DNA of 35,064 nucleotides from a virus: IMG/VR virus record IMGVR_UViG_3300045988_177007, positions 1 to 35,064 of that record; one strand, 5' to 3'. Shown piece by piece: positions 33,283 to 35,064 of this stretch (position 1 is its first letter; each line of letters starts with the position of its first letter). The notes under the pieces were generated by a model. It saw only the letters and a program-made list of their open reading frames with translations, ran no database searches and was not told where the DNA came from. The position numbers and the translations under genes were made by a program.

Positions 33283-34167
33283 ATGGCACTTACCACCAAG
33301 AAGATCATCCTGCCCAAGGACGTGGCCGTCGGCATCGTCAACAAGGCGTCCGACACCTCCACCATCGCCGCGCTCTCCCCGAGCACGCCGATGCTCTTCC
33401 GCGACCAGGAGTACATGGTCTTCAACCCCACCGCCGAGGCCGAGGTCGTTGAGGAGGGCGCGCAGAAGGGCTCCTACGAGGCCTCTACCTCCCCGGTGAC
33501 CGCCAAGCGCGTCAAGCTCCAGACCACCACCCGCGTCACCTCCGAGCTGGAGTGGGCCGACGAGGACAACCGCACCCAGATCATCGAGGCCATCGTCGCC
33601 GACCAGGCCGCCGCGTTCGCCCGCGCCCTCGACTACGTGATCTACCACGCCATCAACCCCAAGTCCGGCGAGGCCCTGGGCGACGGTTACACGGCACTTT
33701 CCGGCACCGCCACGCAGGTGACCTCCACAGGCGACGCCGTGGAGGACATCGACGCCATCGTCGACGCCATCGCCGCCACCTACGACGTCAACGGCATCGC
33801 GCTCTCCAAGACCTTCGCCGCGTCCCTGCGCAAGGTCCGCGTGCCGTCGACCGGCCAGCGCCTCTACCCCGAGATCCCGCTGAACCTCAAGCCGGGCACC
33901 GTCGAGGGCGTCACCGCCGCCACCTCCGGCACCGTCTCCGGCGCCCTCGCCAAGGCCGCGACCAAGGTCCTCGCCTTCGCCGGCGACTTCTCCGTCATCA
34001 AGTGGGGCCTCGTCCGCGACATGACCGCGCAGGTCATCCCCTACGGCGACCCCGACGGCTCCGGCGACCTCCAGCGCACCAACCAGATCGCCTACCGCAC
34101 CGAGGGCGTCTACGGCTACGCCGTGCTCGACCCCAAGGCCATCGCCTGCCTCAAGGCGGCAAAGTAA
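33283..34167 (+). CDS. Major capsid protein (HK97 fold)
   Basis: 294 aa. GAGGAACGAAC RBS. Composition and position are typical. Confidence 0.8.
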   Translation: MALTTKKIILPKDVAVGIVNKASDTSTIAALSPSTPMLFRDQEYMVFNPTAEAEVVEEGAQKGSYEASTSPVTAKRVKLQTTTRVTSELEWADEDNRTQIIEAIVADQAAAFARALDYVIYHAINPKSGEALGDGYTALSGTATQVTSTGDAVEDIDAIVDAIAATYDVNGIALSKTFAASLRKVRVPSTGQRLYPEIPLNLKPGTVEGVTAATSGTVSGALAKAATKVLAFAGDFSVIKWGLVRDMTAQVIPYGDPDGSGDLQRTNQIAYRTEGVYGYAVLDPKAIACLKAAK

Positions 34168-34373
34168 TGGGCGCCTTCGACAAGACGCTCGTGCCGGGCA
34201 CGGGCGCGTCCTCCTCGGTCTTCGACCAGCCCGTCAAGTTCGCCGGGGCCACCAAGGTGGTCTCCGCCGACGCTGCCGACGCCGCCGGCGCGGCGCCCAC
34301 CAAGGCGGAGTTCGACGCCGTGGTCAAGCTCGTGAACGAGCTTAAGAAGACCGTGAACTCCATGCTCTCCTAG
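34167..34373 (+). CDS. Small head-associated protein
   Basis: 68 aa. Start overlaps the capsid stop (TAATG). Confidence 0.35.
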   Translation: MGAFDKTLVPGTGASSSVFDQPVKFAGATKVVSADAADAAGAAPTKAEFDAVVKLVNELKKTVNSMLS

Positions 34374-34383
34374 GAGGTCCCGA

Positions 34384-34782
34384 ATGGCCGCGAACCTTAA
34401 CGTCACGCTCGAGGAGTACGCGTCCCGCTACGGCACGCCGTCCGACCCCGGGCGCGTCTCCGCGCTGCTCTCCGACGCCTGCGACATGCTGCTCACGGCC
34501 TACGAGGGCCGCTTCGGCTGCTACGTCGGCGGCGCACACCCGGCCTTCGACCGCGGCTACAAGGCCGTGGCGTGCGCCGTCGTGAGCCGCGCCGTGAGCG
34601 TGCCCGACGCCTTCGCCGGCGCGACGCAGTACAGCCAGACGGCGGGCAGCTACAACGCCTCCGTGACCTTCGCCAACCCCACCGCCGACCTCTGGCTCGG
34701 CAAGTCCGACCTGAGGCGGCTCGGGCTGGCGGGCATGCGCATCGGCACAATCGCCCCGATGGTCGGCGATGACCATGCTTAG
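34384..34782 (+). CDS. Head-tail connector (gp6-like adaptor) protein
   Basis: 132 aa, directly after the capsid genes. Confidence 0.45.
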   Translation: MAANLNVTLEEYASRYGTPSDPGRVSALLSDACDMLLTAYEGRFGCYVGGAHPAFDRGYKAVACAVVSRAVSVPDAFAGATQYSQTAGSYNASVTFANPTADLWLGKSDLRRLGLAGMRIGTIAPMVGDDHA

Positions 34783-35064
34783 CCTCATCCCCACCGAGGC
34801 CGTCGCCGTCATCCGCCCCACGGTGGAGCGCGACGACCTCGGCGAGCCGACGCTCGGCGAGCCGACGCGCGAGGATGTGCGCTGCGTCGTGTGCCCGGGG
34901 GCGACCTCCGACATGGACGCGACACGCCCCGAGGGCGTCACCGTGGCCTACACGCTGCACTTCCCCAAGACATACGCCGGGAGCCTGCGTGGCTGCTCGG
35001 TCGAGGTGCGCGGCACCCGCTACGACGTGGTGGGCGACCCGCAGCGCACGACCGTCGCCGCCAC
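34769..35064 (+). CDS. Head closure / head-tail joining protein, 5' part (continues at 1..190)
   Basis: ATG 34769. The frame runs off the window end and resumes at position 2 of the window. Confidence 0.5.
   Translation, partial: MTMLSLIPTEAVAVIRPTVERDDLGEPTLGEPTREDVRCVVCPGATSDMDATRPEGVTVAYTLHFPKTYAGSLRGCSVEVRGTRYDVVGDPQRTTVAA
34924..35064. repeat. 141-nt exact duplicate of window positions 1..141 (circular-assembly overlap)
   Basis: Base-by-base identity, read directly. Confidence 0.95.

Noticed and set aside
34924-35064. Terminal 141-nt repeat as prophage attL/attR or as phage direct terminal repeats
   Set aside because: The repeat lies inside a coding sequence that reads continuously across the junction, and the window begins and ends exactly on it. 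This is the signature of a circularised assembly.

Overview
The first 141 nt of the window (1..141) are identical to the last 141 nt (34924..35064). The window is therefore one complete circular unit of ~34,923 bp plus an assembly overlap. The junction falls inside a head-closure gene, not in a prophage att site.

Gene content and order indicate a high-GC (~65%), siphovirus-like temperate phage genome with GGAGG-type ribosome-binding sites, typical of Actinomycetota-like hosts. The host cannot be named from sequence alone.

Layout, starting at the packaging module and wrapping through the window end:
- HNH endonuclease, small terminase-like protein, large terminase, portal, a MuF-like minor head protein fused to an HExxH metallopeptidase domain, scaffold and an HK97-fold major capsid protein.
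- Head-tail connector proteins, major tail protein, tail chaperones G/GT with an A_AAA_AAC -1 frameshift site, an 878-aa tape measure protein, Dit, Tal-like protein and a tail fibre (receptor-binding protein, RBP).
- Holin, endolysin, integrase, a divergent CI-like repressor/Cro switch and an antirepressor.
- Xis-like protein, SSB, a replisome organizer and a putative origin.
- A second integrase, an IS1595-family transposase, an orphan DinJ antitoxin and an N6-adenine methyltransferase paired with a DUF262-HNH (GmrSD-like) protein in a low-GC island.

The most notable finding is a compact multi-inversion, shufflon-like system for the tail-fibre C-terminus. A perfectly conserved 12-bp core, ATTCCGTATCCC, occurs once inside the tail-fibre gene and three times in inverted orientation. 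Each inverted copy sits in frame at the head of a promoterless minus-strand cassette encoding an alternative C-terminus. A small tyrosine recombinase gene lies immediately adjacent.

Other notable items:
- A MuF-metallopeptidase polymorphic-toxin-like fusion with a low-GC C-terminal module.
- Nine TGGCR pentamers phased at exactly 10 bp upstream of the packaging/late operon.
- An 11-G homopolymer inside the repressor gene.
- A (GA)9 repeat in front of the methyltransferase gene.
- Three tyrosine recombinases in one 35-kb element.

All calls rest on reading the sequence and on family-level pattern recognition. No database searches were run.
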